DNA of 44,363 nucleotides from an uncultured Porphyromonadaceae bacterium (GTDB lineage Bacteria; Bacteroidota; Bacteroidia; Bacteroidales; UBA12481). The stretch covers positions 1-44,363 of the forward strand of contig CAYUGX010000004.1 in NCBI GenBank assembly GCA_964444375.1, in the 5' to 3' direction. Positions 32,117 to 42,404 of the stretch are shown piece by piece. The stretch's first letter is position 1. The number at the start of each line of letters is the position of its first letter. The position numbers were made by a program, and so were the translations under genes. The notes under the pieces are model-generated. The model saw nothing but the letters and a program-made list of their open reading frames with translations. It did not search any database and had not been told where the DNA came from.

Positions 32117-35100
32117 GTATTATTCGTTAAAAATTTCAAAGCCCGTTCCCGCGTACATCCCCTGCGCTGACAATAATCATCGAGCTGATCGGGCAATATT
32201 CGGCCAACATTGAAATACTTGCTTTGCGGATGACTGAAGTACAATCCGGCAACTGAAGCTGCCGGAAACATGGCAAGATTATCAGTCAGCACCATGCCCA
32301 ACTCACTTGCATTGAGTAGCGAGAATAAGGTTTCCTTTTCCTGGTGGTCGGGACATGCAGGATAGCCACTTGCAGGTCTGGTTCCTTGGTACTCTTCGCG
32401 TAGCAATTCATCAATGGGCAGGTTCTCATTAGGAGAATACCCCCAGTATGTTGTCCTCACCTTATGGTGCAGTAATTCAGCATAGCCCTCAGCCAGTCGG
32501 TCAGCTAATATCTTGACCATAATCGCCCGGTAATCATCCTGGTTGTGTTCAAATTCAGCGATTATCTCCTCAATACCTATTCCGGCAGTAACAGCAAACA
32601 TTCCAACATAGTCGACTATATTTTGATCAACCGGATGAATGAAATCTGATAAACACAGATTTGGTAATCCATCTGTTTTTTCTTCCTGGTTTCTCAAATG
32701 GTAAAATCGAGATAGTTCTGATCTGGATTCAGGATCATATAAGATTATGTCTTCATTTTCTGAATGTGCCGGAAATAGGCCCAAGGCTCCTTTTGCCTTG
32801 AGTCGCTTTTCCTTTGCCAGCCAGGTCAGCATTTCCTCACCGTCTTGTACCAGCTTTCTAGCCTCCTCTCCTTTAATAGGATCGTTCAGTATCGCTGGAT
32901 ACTTACCCCGAATATCCCAGGAGAACAAGAAAAAGCTCCAGTCAATATACGGGAGTATTTCGGTCAAATCCTGATCATCAAAATGCTTCACGCCCAAGAA
33001 TTTAGGCACATAGGGCTCAAAATTGTTCCACTGAATAGCCAAGCGATTCATTCGAGCTTGCTCAAGGCTGATGTAAGGTTGGTCGGTGTGCCTCTGGGCA
33101 TAAGCCACTCTGATCTGTCGGTATTCTTCGTCTAGTTTGGCTGAAAATTCGGGCTCTGTATTCTCATTCAGCAGCGATTTCACTATCGCCGTCGATTTAG
33201 ATGCATCTCTAACATGAACAACTGGAAAACGGTATGAGGGATCAAGTTTAATGGCCGTATGTTGTTTTGAGGTAGTAGCCCCGCCGATTAAAACCGGAAC
33301 TTGTATTCCAGCCTTCTCTAACTCAGCCAACGTAAAGCGCATCTCTTCCAATGAGGGAGTAATCAGTCCACTTAGGCCAATCATATCGGCTTTCCAGTTT
33401 TTAGCTTCTTCAATGATACGGGCCGCTGGTACCATTACTCCCAGGTCTTTTATTTCATATCCGTTACAGGCAAGAATTACACCCACTATATTTTTCCCGA
33501 TATCATGAACATCGCCTTTTACTGTTGCTAACAGAATTCTTGCCGGAGCAGTTGATTGATTACCTGATTTCTTCTCTTCCTCAATATAGGGAGTGAGGTA
33601 AGCCACTGCTTTTTTCATAACACGAGCGCTTTTCACTACCTGAGGAAGAAACATTTTACCAGAACCAAATAGGTCTCCTACTCGGTTCATCCCATCCATT
33701 AATGGACCCTCAATCAAGTGCAAGGCCTGTGCAAAAGCTGGTCTGGCTTCCTCAAGATCTTCCTCAATGTGATCCGTCAAGCCGTTGACTAAGGCGTAGC
33801 TGAGTCTATCATTAACATCCTTTTGCCTCCAAGAGGCCAGTTCTTGTTTTCGCTTGTCTTTGTTTTCAACTTGATCGGCATAAGCCAGGATGCGTTCTGT
33901 TGCATCTTTCCGACGATTTAAAACCAGATCTTCGGCCAGTTTTAGCAGGTTCTCTTCAACTTCATCGTAGACCTCCAACAAGGTTGGATTCAAGATCCCC
34001 ATGTCCATTCCTGCTTGAATAGCATGATATAAAAAGACAGCATGTATACCTTCACGCACTGCGTTATTGCCCCTGAAAGAAAATGAAAGATTTGATACAC
34101 CTCCTGATATTTTGACATCCGGCAGGTTTTCTTTAATCCAGGTACATGCCTGAAGATAATTGACTGCATAATTATTGTGTTCATCAATACCGGTCCCCAC
34201 AGCCAAAATATTCGGATCGATAATTATATCTGTTGAGGGAAATTCAGCCTCATGAATAAGGAGATCATAGGATCTCTGTGCTATTTCAATTTTTCTTTCA
34301 TACGAATCTGCTTGACCAGCTTCATCAAATAGCATCACCACAACAGCGGCACCAAATCGTTTGATCTCTTTGGCTTGATGGACAAAGGTATCCGAGCCAT
34401 CTTTGAGACTAATTGAATTGACAACTGATTTGCCCTGAAGACAGCGCAACCCGGTACAAATTACCTCCCAATTTGATGAATCAATCAGAATCGGTACGCG
34501 AGCAATCTCGGGTTCAGTGGATATCAGTAACAAATACTCTCTCATGGCTTTAGATGCATCCAAAAGTGCATCATCCATGCACACATCAATCATCTGAGCT
34601 CCACCATCAACCTGATGTCTGGCCACTGATATGGCTTCTTCATATTTCTCTTCGCGAATCAATCGGGCAAACTTTCTTGATCCGGCTACATTTGTTCGTT
34701 CACCAATGTTGAGAAAATTCGTATTCTCGGCTATACTAATTCTTTCTAAACCCGCATAAGATGTCAGACTAGGAACCTTCTGAAATTCCCGGGGTTGGTA
34801 GTTCTTAACCAATTCAGCTATTGCCGTAATATGGGCAGGTGTCGACCCACAGCAAGCCCCAATTAGGTTGATCAATCCTTGCTCCAAAAAAGGTTGAATC
34901 AGATCACGCATTTCAGCAGCCGACTGGTCATAATCACCAAATTCATTTGGAAGCCCGGCATTGGGATGAAGACTGACATAGGCAGGTGAAAGTCTTGACA
35001 GATCAGCTACATATGGAGCCAATTGCTCAGCCCCGAGTGAACAGTTCAAACCGATGAGTAAGGGCTCAGCATGAACCACTGAAGCGATAAAGGCATCCAG

Positions 35101-35763
35101 TGTTTGTCCGGATAGCGTTCTTCCGCTTGCATCGGTTATGGTACCCGAAATCATGATTGGGTAAGCTTCATCCAGTTCATCAAACAATGCCAAAAGACCA
35201 TAAATTGCAGCTTTAGCATTCAGGGTGTCAAAAACAGTCTCCAGCATGAGTAAATCCACACCGCCCTCTATCAGGGCTTTTGCCTGTGACTGGTAGACCT
35301 CAACCAACTCATCAAAGTAGATATTCCTGAATCCAGGATTCTCGACATCGGGTGACAGGCTTGCTGTTCGATTCGTTGGACCCAAACTACCCGCCACGAA
35401 TTGTGTTGGCCCAGCCTGTTCTTTTGCCAGTCGTGCCGCTTCGCGATTCATAGCTTCAATCCATGATTCAAGCTTGTAATCGGCCTGACTGATGGCATTG
35501 GCATTAAAGGTATTGGTGGTGATGATATCTGCACCAGCATCCAGGTAGTTGCGGTGAATTTCAGCGATAAGACTGGGTCTGGCAATATTTAAGACCTCGT
35601 GATTGCCTTTTAACGACAGGTTTGCCTCAGAAAATGGACCAGTACTGTAATCAGCTTCTGATAGTTCAGCTTGCTGGATTTGAGTACCCATGGCACCATC
35701 CAGAACTAAAACTCGTTCGTCCAATGCGGTCTTCAGGCGATGGTATGATCTTGATTTCTTCAT
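32113..35763 (-). CDS. metH: B12-dependent methionine synthase
   Basis: [45 protein letters not shown], reactivation domain [12 protein letters not shown]. Confidence 0.97.
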   Translation of the reverse strand: MKKSRSYHRLKTALDERVLVLDGAMGTQIQQAELSEADYSTGPFSEANLSLKGNHEVLNIARPSLIAEIHRNYLDAGADIITTNTFNANAISQADYKLESWIEAMNREAARLAKEQAGPTQFVAGSLGPTNRTASLSPDVENPGFRNIYFDELVEVYQSQAKALIEGGVDLLMLETVFDTLNAKAAIYGLLALFDELDEAYPIMISGTITDASGRTLSGQTLDAFIASVVHAEPLLIGLNCSLGAEQLAPYVADLSRLSPAYVSLHPNAGLPNEFGDYDQSAAEMRDLIQPFLEQGLINLIGACCGSTPAHITAIAELVKNYQPREFQKVPSLTSYAGLERISIAENTNFLNIGERTNVAGSRKFARLIREEKYEEAISVARHQVDGGAQMIDVCMDDALLDASKAMREYLLLISTEPEIARVPILIDSSNWEVICTGLRCLQGKSVVNSISLKDGSDTFVHQAKEIKRFGAAVVVMLFDEAGQADSYERKIEIAQRSYDLLIHEAEFPSTDIIIDPNILAVGTGIDEHNNYAVNYLQACTWIKENLPDVKISGGVSNLSFSFRGNNAVREGIHAVFLYHAIQAGMDMGILNPTLLEVYDEVEENLLKLAEDLVLNRRKDATERILAYADQVENKDKRKQELASWRQKDVNDRLSYALVNGLTDHIEEDLEEARPAFAQALHLIEGPLMDGMNRVGDLFGSGKMFLPQVVKSARVMKKAVAYLTPYIEEEKKSGNQSTAPARILLATVKGDVHDIGKNIVGVILACNGYEIKDLGVMVPAARIIEEAKNWKADMIGLSGLITPSLEEMRFTLAELEKAGIQVPVLIGGATTSKQHTAIKLDPSYRFPVVHVRDASKSTAIVKSLLNENTEPEFSAKLDEEYRQIRVAYAQRHTDQPYISLEQARMNRLAIQWNNFEPYVPKFLGVKHFDDQDLTEILPYIDWSFFLFSWDIRGKYPAILNDPIKGEEARKLVQDGEEMLTWLAKEKRLKAKGALGLFPAHSENEDIILYDPESRSELSRFYHLRNQEEKTDGLPNLCLSDFIHPVDQNIVDYVGMFAVTAGIGIEEIIAEFEHNQDDYRAIMVKILADRLAEGYAELLHHKVRTTYWGYSPNENLPIDELLREEYQGTRPASGYPACPDHQEKETLFSLLNASELGMVLTDNLAMFPAASVAGLYFSHPQSKYFNVGRILPDQLDDYCQRRGCTRERALKFLTNNT

Positions 35764-35764
35764 T

Positions 35765-36964
35765 TCATGTTCCGGTAACTGCTAAAAAGACATCCAACTT
35801 AGGTAAAAGTTTTCGAATCCTGTGTAACAAGTCGAGTTTGATGCGTCCAATCACATAATTTTGTTCGGGTCCGGTATACTTTTCTGTGATCTCTTCAAAA
35901 TCAAAGAGGCTCAGATCGCTGGGTTGACTGTAGCGTAAAAAAACCTCAAGACTGAGTTCTCGACTGAATGAAAGCAGGCTATAGAAATTCCGCTTCTTGT
36001 ATTCGTAACGATAATTGTGCTTACGAGCTGTAATATCACTCAATACTGCTGATCCGGTAGGATGTCCGCCAGCCCCCTTCCCAAACATAAACTGTTTGTC
36101 ATAAAACTGTCCCTTTATGACCACCCCATTGTATTCATCTTCAACATTGTAAATGTATTTTGCTTTAGACACCAGGCGTGGTAAAACATAGATGGTGAAT
36201 TGATTATCAGGCAGTTTACATATTTCTGCAACGAGCTTGATGCGTCTGTCTTTTTCTTTAGCAAAACGTACATCGAAGTCAGACAGACGGCTGATACCAA
36301 AGTTTACTACCTCATCTGGATTGACCCATGTTCCCAGGCCATGAAGGGCTAAAATGACTGATTTAAACTTTGAGTCAAAGCCTTCCACATCAAAAACTGG
36401 ATTACTTTCAGCAAATCCCAAGGCTTGTGCATCACCCAGGGCCTGAGCATAATCAAGATTCTCATTAAACACCTTTGACAGGATATAATTGGATGATCCA
36501 TTCAAAATACCTGTTATCGATTGAAGCAAATCATTGTCATAGTATTCTTCTAGATTCCGAATGACTGGTATACTGCCACAGGCCGAAGCATCGTATAGCA
36601 AGGCTGCTCCGGTCTTCTCCTGCAACTCAATTAATTCAGGCAGGTGATATGCCAGCATTTTCTTATTGCCAGATACTACACTCTTGCCTTTCGATAAGGC
36701 CGATCGAACAATTTCATAGGCTGAATCAGCATCATCAATGAGCTCTACAACCAGGTTGATATCCTGATCATCCAAAATATCATTGGGTTCCAGGGTAATT
36801 AGCTCCTGAGCTACTTTCCGTTCTTTTTGAGGATCTTTTATGCAGATTCGTTTAATCGTTGCATCAGCCGTTTGAATGTCTTTTAAAACGGTATAGAGGC
36901 CTTGTCCAACAACCCCGAACCCAAACAAACCTATGGTAATTTTTTCACTCTTCTTTGATACCAT
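35765..36964 (-). CDS. hom: Homoserine dehydrogenase
   Basis: [41 protein letters not shown]. Confidence 0.93.
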   Translation of the reverse strand: MVSKKSEKITIGLFGFGVVGQGLYTVLKDIQTADATIKRICIKDPQKERKVAQELITLEPNDILDDQDINLVVELIDDADSAYEIVRSALSKGKSVVSGNKKMLAYHLPELIELQEKTGAALLYDASACGSIPVIRNLEEYYDNDLLQSITGILNGSSNYILSKVFNENLDYAQALGDAQALGFAESNPVFDVEGFDSKFKSVILALHGLGTWVNPDEVVNFGISRLSDFDVRFAKEKDRRIKLVAEICKLPDNQFTIYVLPRLVSKAKYIYNVEDEYNGVVIKGQFYDKQFMFGKGAGGHPTGSAVLSDITARKHNYRYEYKKRNFYSLLSFSRELSLEVFLRYSQPSDLSLFDFEEITEKYTGPEQNYVIGRIKLDLLHRIRKLLPKLDVFLAVTGT

Positions 36965-36970
36965 TGTGTT

Positions 36971-37984
36971 CTAATTCAAAAAGTTAGTAATTGCTTTGGT
37001 CAATTGATCAACTTCAAGAAGGAAGCCATCATGACCATAAAAAGAATCTATCTCGATCAAACTGGCGCCAGGAATGTGTTTGGCAATAAAACGTTGCTCG
37101 TGAACCGGAAATAACAAATCTGAGCTGATTCCTATGACCATTGTTTTGACCTCGATTTGAATCAGCGCTGATTCAAGGCTTTTTCGTCCTCGTCCCAAAT
37201 TTTGAGAATCCAGGGCTTTGGTCAAAGTATAATAGGAAAAATGATCAAATCGCTTATCGAGTTTTTCACCTTGATACTGTTGATACGAACAGGCCTTGAA
37301 GTCTTGGAGCTTGTCCTTACTGGTTTCTGCTTGTGTCTTATTGTACGTCTGGGCATTCCGGTAGCTGAGAAGTGCAATGCTTCTTGCAGCCCGCAAACCG
37401 GCTGAAGGATAGGAGAATTGACCGGCCTGAAAACCAGGATCCGCTTGTATAGCCATCCGTTGAGACTCGTTGAAGGCGATACCCCAGGGTGATGCAATGG
37501 CGTTTGTTGCAATGGGAACGAGATGTGCAAATAAATCCGGATTGACCACTGCCCATTCCAATGCTTGCTGCCCGCCGAGTGATCCCCCGGTTATGAGTTG
37601 GATTTGTTGAATCTCGAGGTAGTCACATAACAATTGATGTGCGTTCACCATGTCTTTAACGGTGACCATTGGGAATTCTTTTCCATATTTCGCACCAGTG
37701 TGTGGATTCAAACTGACTGGTCCGGTACTGCCATAACAAGAACCCAGGATATTTGCACACAGGATGAAGTAGCGATCGGTGTCAAAAGCCAAGCCCGAAC
37801 CTACCATGCCTGGCCACCAAGCTTCTACATTAGAATTGGCGGAAAGGGCAAGACATACCCAGATGACATTGCTATTGTTCTCATTCAACTCGCCTGTGTA
37901 ATGATAGTGTATCTCTAACTCAGGCAGTATTTCTCCACACTCGAGTTCAAAAGGTTTTTCAATACGTATTCGGTGTTCTTTCAT
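36971..37984 (-). CDS. metX: Homoserine O-acyltransferase (MetX family)
   Basis: NILGSCYGSTGP, GGSLGG, SDLLFP, GHDGFL. Start at ATG 37984 preferred; acetyl versus succinyl specificity is not resolvable here. Confidence 0.92.
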   Translation of the reverse strand: MKEHRIRIEKPFELECGEILPELEIHYHYTGELNENNSNVIWVCLALSANSNVEAWWPGMVGSGLAFDTDRYFILCANILGSCYGSTGPVSLNPHTGAKYGKEFPMVTVKDMVNAHQLLCDYLEIQQIQLITGGSLGGQQALEWAVVNPDLFAHLVPIATNAIASPWGIAFNESQRMAIQADPGFQAGQFSYPSAGLRAARSIALLSYRNAQTYNKTQAETSKDKLQDFKACSYQQYQGEKLDKRFDHFSYYTLTKALDSQNLGRGRKSLESALIQIEVKTMVIGISSDLLFPVHEQRFIAKHIPGASLIEIDSFYGHDGFLLEVDQLTKAITNFLN

Positions 37985-37994
37985 GGATGCAAAA

Positions 37995-39272
37995 TTAAGC
38001 CAAGGCTTGCTCAAAATCAGCCTCTATATCAAGATAGTTTTCTAGTCCGACCGATACCCGCAATAATCCAGGAAAAACGCCTGCTGCGATTTGTTCAGCC
38101 TCAGTCATTTGTTGGTGTGTAGTCGTTGCCGGCTGAATGATCAGAGTCTTTGCATCACCCACATTAGCCAAATGGTGAACAAGTTGCAAGCTGTCAACCA
38201 CCTTCGTAGCCTGATCAGTCCCACCAGAGACTGTAAAGCTTAATACACCCCCAAACCCATTTGACAGGTATTTACTGGCCAAGTGGTGGTTAGGGTCAGC
38301 CGGTAAACCCGGATAGATTACTGAGTCAACAGCAGGATGGGCATTCAGATAGTTCGCCAGTCGCAGAGCGTTTTCACAATGTCGGTCCATTCTAAGGGAG
38401 AGCGTCTCCATTCCGTGCAAAATCATAAAAGCATTAAATGGGCTCAATGAGGGTCCAAAATCGCGAAGACCAATAGCACGAGCCCGGGTTATAAATGCCA
38501 ATTCTTTGAACTCTTCAGTAAAGCAAATGCCGTGATATTCATGAGCTGGCTCAGTAAATTGAGGGAATTTTCCGTTATTCCAGTCGAATGTGCCTCCATC
38601 AACAATCACACCTGCGATGGTAGACCCATTCCCCGATATCCATTTTGTTGCAGATTCCACCACAATATGAGCTCCCTGCTTCAAGGGTTGGCATAAATAG
38701 CCCCCTCCTGCAAAAGTATTGTCTACAATAATGGGTATTTGGTGAATTTCACTCAATCGATTAAACGCCTCAAAATCGGGCACCTCAAAACCTGGATTAC
38801 TGATAGTTTCCATATACAAGCCCCGGGTATTTTCATCGATTAATTTCTCAAAGTCACTTACTTTTGAAGAGTCAGCAAATCGAACCTCAATTCCAAGCTT
38901 TCTAAAACTGTGCTTAAACTGAGAAACGGTACCCCCATAAAGGAAAGGTGAAGTCACCAGATTTTTCCCCGGTTCGATCAAGTTCAAAACCGTCAAGAAC
39001 TGTGCAGCATGTCCAGATGACACTGCCAATGCCGCAACTCCTCCTTCAAGGGCTGCCATCCGTTCCTCTAAAATGGAAACTGTTGGATTTGATATTCTTG
39101 AGTAAATATGACCTTCAGCGCGTAGCTCAAAAAGATCAGCCGCATGGGCCGTATCTTTAAATACGTAGGCTGCGGTTTGATGTAAGGGGATGGCCGCGCT
39201 CTGCGTGTCGGTGTCAGCCTGGTATCCTGCATGGATTTGCAGGGTTTCGAAATGAAATTTATTATTTGTCAT
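37995..39272 (-). CDS. metY: O-acetylhomoserine aminocarboxypropyltransferase (sulfhydrylase)
   Basis: YSRISNPT, SGHAAQ, LYGGT, VDNT, SATKW (PLP Lys), LANVGDAKTLII, LRVSVGLE. Confidence 0.93.
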   Translation of the reverse strand: MTNNKFHFETLQIHAGYQADTDTQSAAIPLHQTAAYVFKDTAHAADLFELRAEGHIYSRISNPTVSILEERMAALEGGVAALAVSSGHAAQFLTVLNLIEPGKNLVTSPFLYGGTVSQFKHSFRKLGIEVRFADSSKVSDFEKLIDENTRGLYMETISNPGFEVPDFEAFNRLSEIHQIPIIVDNTFAGGGYLCQPLKQGAHIVVESATKWISGNGSTIAGVIVDGGTFDWNNGKFPQFTEPAHEYHGICFTEEFKELAFITRARAIGLRDFGPSLSPFNAFMILHGMETLSLRMDRHCENALRLANYLNAHPAVDSVIYPGLPADPNHHLASKYLSNGFGGVLSFTVSGGTDQATKVVDSLQLVHHLANVGDAKTLIIQPATTTHQQMTEAEQIAAGVFPGLLRVSVGLENYLDIEADFEQALA

Positions 39273-39305
39273 GGTTGTGGTTGTTGTGGTTGTTGTGGTT
39301 GTTGT
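39273..39305 (-). repeat. Tandem repeat (ACAACAACC)x3 + ACAACC filling the aspartate kinase-metY spacer
   Basis: Plus strand reads GGTTGT(GGTTGTTGT)3 between the kinase stop and the metY ATG. Confidence 0.95.
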
Positions 39306-39307
39306 TA

Positions 39308-40675
39308 TTAATTGAATAACTCATCATGGATGGCCAGTAAAGCTTTATTTCGCAGTTTGCGGTTAACGAGGAAATAGATCGCCACTCTTGATGCACCGAA
39401 TGAGATGAAATCGACATTGATTTTTTCTTTTGCGACAGCACTGAAAATTTTTGCTGCGAGTCCGGTTTGTGTCAATACGCCTTCTCCCACAGCTGCGATC
39501 AGGCTCAATGGATTTGATTCGTCGATCAGATCAATACCGGGAATACTCATGCGCTCAATAAGCTGATGGGCAATAAAAACATCCTTATCATTTAATAAGA
39601 GACTGATGGCTACTTGTGAGGTAATCACCGACCGGATATTGATCCGGTTCTGTTCAAGACCGTTGGTGATTTTATTCAGGATTCCTGGGGTAATCCCAAC
39701 ACCGGGTCCACGAACTGTTAGTGTTTTAACTTCATCAGAGTAAGTGACAGATTTGATCCCATCCGGCAGGTGATCTTGCTGACCACCTACGACAGAAAAT
39801 GGCTGCAATTTCTTGCTCACCTGTAAAAAATTAAAAACCCGTACGGGGATCTGATCCGCTTTGAGCGGCTCAACCGTTCTCGGATGTAAAATCTTTGCAC
39901 CGAAATACGACAATTCAGCCGCTTCAGTATAACTAAGCTTCGCAATGGGAACAGGTTTATTGATGATCGTTGGATCACCACTGAGATAGCCCTTCACATC
40001 TTTCCACACATCAAGTGATTGCGCCCCAATACATTTGGCCAAAGCTGCAGCTGAATAATCGCTCCCTCCACGTCCGAAAACAGTGATTTTCTGTTCTTGT
40101 GATATACCGTAGAATCCAGGCACTACCCAGATCTTGTCAGGGCTCAGCCGCTCTCTCAGCTTTGGAGCAGATAAAGCAAAATCGACATTTGCGTTGTGAA
40201 ACTGTCCGTCGGTATATAAACCAATGAGCTCTGGCAAGGCTTCGGCTGCAGGTAGACTTTCTTGTTCGAGGTAGGCTGAAATCAGCAAAGAGCTGATGCG
40301 TTCACCGAAACTAACTACTTCGTCTTCAATAAAATCAGGAACACCGCCAATAAGTGCGATCCCCTTGAGCAAGTCGCCCAGTCGGGCCAATCGCTCATGA
40401 AAGAGCTTGATGGTGGAGAATTGAAGCTCAGTATCGGTTAAAGCTGTATACAGTACCTCCTCAAAAGATTGTCGAATGGATTTAAGAAAGGGCTCAATTT
40501 TTTGATTATTTAATTCATCCTCCCGGATGGTATCATACAATCGATCAGTCAAGCCATGAAATGCAGAAACAACCAGCACAACCGGTTCTTTATAACAAGT
40601 AACTAGCTTTTTGATCTGAACTAAACTTTGGGCGTCATGTAAGTTTGACCCACCTATCTTTATAACAATAGACAC
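39308..40675 (-). CDS. Aspartate kinase with two C-terminal ACT domains
   Basis: KIGGS, VVSA, SFGERIS, PGFYG, GRGGSDYSAA, EAAELSYFGAKILHP; GTG start. Confidence 0.93.
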   Translation of the reverse strand: MSIVIKIGGSNLHDAQSLVQIKKLVTCYKEPVVLVVSAFHGLTDRLYDTIREDELNNQKIEPFLKSIRQSFEEVLYTALTDTELQFSTIKLFHERLARLGDLLKGIALIGGVPDFIEDEVVSFGERISSLLISAYLEQESLPAAEALPELIGLYTDGQFHNANVDFALSAPKLRERLSPDKIWVVPGFYGISQEQKITVFGRGGSDYSAAALAKCIGAQSLDVWKDVKGYLSGDPTIINKPVPIAKLSYTEAAELSYFGAKILHPRTVEPLKADQIPVRVFNFLQVSKKLQPFSVVGGQQDHLPDGIKSVTYSDEVKTLTVRGPGVGITPGILNKITNGLEQNRINIRSVITSQVAISLLLNDKDVFIAHQLIERMSIPGIDLIDESNPLSLIAAVGEGVLTQTGLAAKIFSAVAKEKINVDFISFGASRVAIYFLVNRKLRNKALLAIHDELFN

Positions 40676-40746
40676 GTGTTTACTGGAATTAAGTGTTAAG
40701 AATAAAAGAAATTGGGGAAACGATCGAGACGGGGTAAGGTTTTATC

Positions 40747-40821
40747 CTACCCCAATGGCATTATCATACTGTTCATCTTGGCGATGATAAATAATTGCGC
40801 TGATGTATGTGTATTATCCAT
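40747..40821 (-). CDS. Candidate leader peptide of the met operon (MDNTHTSAQLFIIAKMNSMIMPLG)
   Basis: ATG 40821 to TAG 40747, between the -7 box and the aspartate kinase gene; three Met codons among residues 16-21. Translation is inferred. Confidence 0.6.
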   Translation of the reverse strand: MDNTHTSAQLFIIAKMNSMIMPLG

Positions 40822-40843
40822 CAAATGAAAAAGCTTCAGCCGT

Positions 40844-40851
40844 CAAAGGTA
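40844..40851 (-). promoter_or_regulatory. -7 promoter box of the met operon
   Basis: TACCTTTG on minus, 22 nt upstream of the leader ATG. Confidence 0.7.
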
Positions 40852-40957
40852 CAGATTGATTCTAAAAAAGCAAATCATAATTTCATTCAATAATTTTCAT
40901 GTTTATCCACAACATCTTAGCACCTTTATTGTCTTAAGATCAAATTTTTTTCCCACT

Positions 40958-42088
40958 ATGATAATCGGAATCCTGAAAGAAAACCAAAATGAGAACCGGG
41001 TGGCCCTCCTCCCGGAGGCTGCCGCTGCACTGATCAAGAAAAAAGCGGAGGTCATTATTGAAAAAGGAGCTGGTGAAAGAGCTTATTCTTCTGACCAGGC
41101 CTACATGGATGTGGGCGTTCAACTGGGCACCCATGACGAAGTGCTTAATAAAGCCACTGTTCTGGTGCAAATAAGCAGCCCGACTGAAGAACTTATTCAG
41201 AAGCTGCGTGAAGATCAGACTCTACTGAGTATATTAAATCCACTTGCAAACACCGCTTTGGTCGACAAATTACTCACTAGAAAGCTGACTACCTTCAGTC
41301 TCGACAGTATACCGCGAACGAGCAGGGCTCAGGCCATGGATATCTTATCTTCGCAAGCAACTGCAGCTGGGTACAGGGCCGTATTAGATGCGGCTATGCA
41401 CCTGCCTACTTTTTTCCCCATGTTTATGACTGCCGCCGGAACAATCCCCCCTGCGAAAGTGCTCATTCTCGGTGCTGGAGTCGCCGGATTACAGGCCATT
41501 GCAACAGCGAAACGACTGGGTGCAAAGGTTGAAGCATTCGATGTTAGGGCAGCAGTTAAAGAAGAAGTGGAAAGTCTGGGAGCAAGCTTTGTTGAAGTAG
41601 AAGGAGCCAAAGACGAAGCAGCAGCAGGTGGATATGCTGTTGAACAAACCGAAGAATACAAAAAGAAACAGCAACAAGCAGTTCACGACCATGCTGTCAA
41701 GTCAAATGTAGTCATATGTACCGCCCAGATACCGGGACGAAAAGCACCCACCCTGGTGTACGAAGATACGGTAAAGCACATGCTTCCAGGGGCTGTGATT
41801 GTTGACCTGGCGGCTTCATCCGGAGGAAATTGTGAGTTAACTGAAGATAATAAGACAGTTCACAAAGAAGGAGTTACCATTATTGGGAAGTCTGATTATC
41901 CCTCGACGATCGCGGTGGATTCAAGTAAGATGCTGGGAAAAAATATTGTCAATTTTCTGACTTTGCTGATTGATGAAGAAGGTGGTCTTAATCTGAATTT
42001 TCAAGACGACATCGTACAGGGCACCTGCATTACCCATCAGGGCGAGGTGTACAATGAGAGAGTAAAAACTGTAATGAACCAAAACTAA
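40958..42088 (+). CDS. pntA: NAD(P) transhydrogenase alpha subunit part 1 (NAD-binding domain I)
   Basis: ENRVAL, PRTSRAQAMDILSS, GAGVAGLQA, GGYA, TAQIPG, DLAASSGGNC. ATG 40958. Confidence 0.95.
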   Translation: MIIGILKENQNENRVALLPEAAAALIKKKAEVIIEKGAGERAYSSDQAYMDVGVQLGTHDEVLNKATVLVQISSPTEELIQKLREDQTLLSILNPLANTALVDKLLTRKLTTFSLDSIPRTSRAQAMDILSSQATAAGYRAVLDAAMHLPTFFPMFMTAAGTIPPAKVLILGAGVAGLQAIATAKRLGAKVEAFDVRAAVKEEVESLGASFVEVEGAKDEAAAGGYAVEQTEEYKKKQQQAVHDHAVKSNVVICTAQIPGRKAPTLVYEDTVKHMLPGAVIVDLAASSGGNCELTEDNKTVHKEGVTIIGKSDYPSTIAVDSSKMLGKNIVNFLTLLIDEEGGLNLNFQDDIVQGTCITHQGEVYNERVKTVMNQN

Positions 42089-42094
42089 GAGATT

Positions 42095-42403
42095 ATGCAA
42101 GGCATATTGGAATTTATATTTATTCACAAGGAGGCAATTTTCATAATTGCCCTCTCAATTTTCCTGGGTATAGAGGTGATATCGAATGTGCCGGCTATGC
42201 TCCATACACCGCTCATGTCGGGTGCAAATGCCATACATGGAGTAGTGATTATGGGTGGGTTTATGGTTATTGGACAAGCCGAAAGCACTGGAGCCATGAT
42301 CCTGGGATTTCTAGCCGTTGTGCTGGGTACACTGAATGTGGTTGGTGGATTTGTAGTCACCGACCGGATGTTGGATATGTTTAAAAAGAAACCTAAGAAG
42401 TAA
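42095..42403 (+). CDS. NAD(P) transhydrogenase alpha subunit part 2 (membrane)
   Basis: LHTPLMSGANAIHG, NVVGGFVVTDRMLDMF. Confidence 0.95.
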   Translation: MQGILEFIFIHKEAIFIIALSIFLGIEVISNVPAMLHTPLMSGANAIHGVVIMGGFMVIGQAESTGAMILGFLAVVLGTLNVVGGFVVTDRMLDMFKKKPKK

Positions 42404-42404
42404 A

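Noticed and set aside
39273-39320. Frameshift fusion of aspartate kinase to MetY through a poly-Thr linker
   Set aside because: It needs a -1 shift, there is no slippery heptamer, and the kinase ends in tandem TAA TAA.
40797-40836. GCGCTGAT...AAATG...GCT resembling SAM-II riboswitch fragments
   Set aside because: It is on the plus strand, opposite to the met operon, and lacks the complementary P1 strand. A cmscan would settle it.
40958-42403. Split pntA as a possible pseudogene
   Set aside because: The three-gene alpha1/alpha2/beta transhydrogenase layout is a well-known natural form, and both parts are intact.
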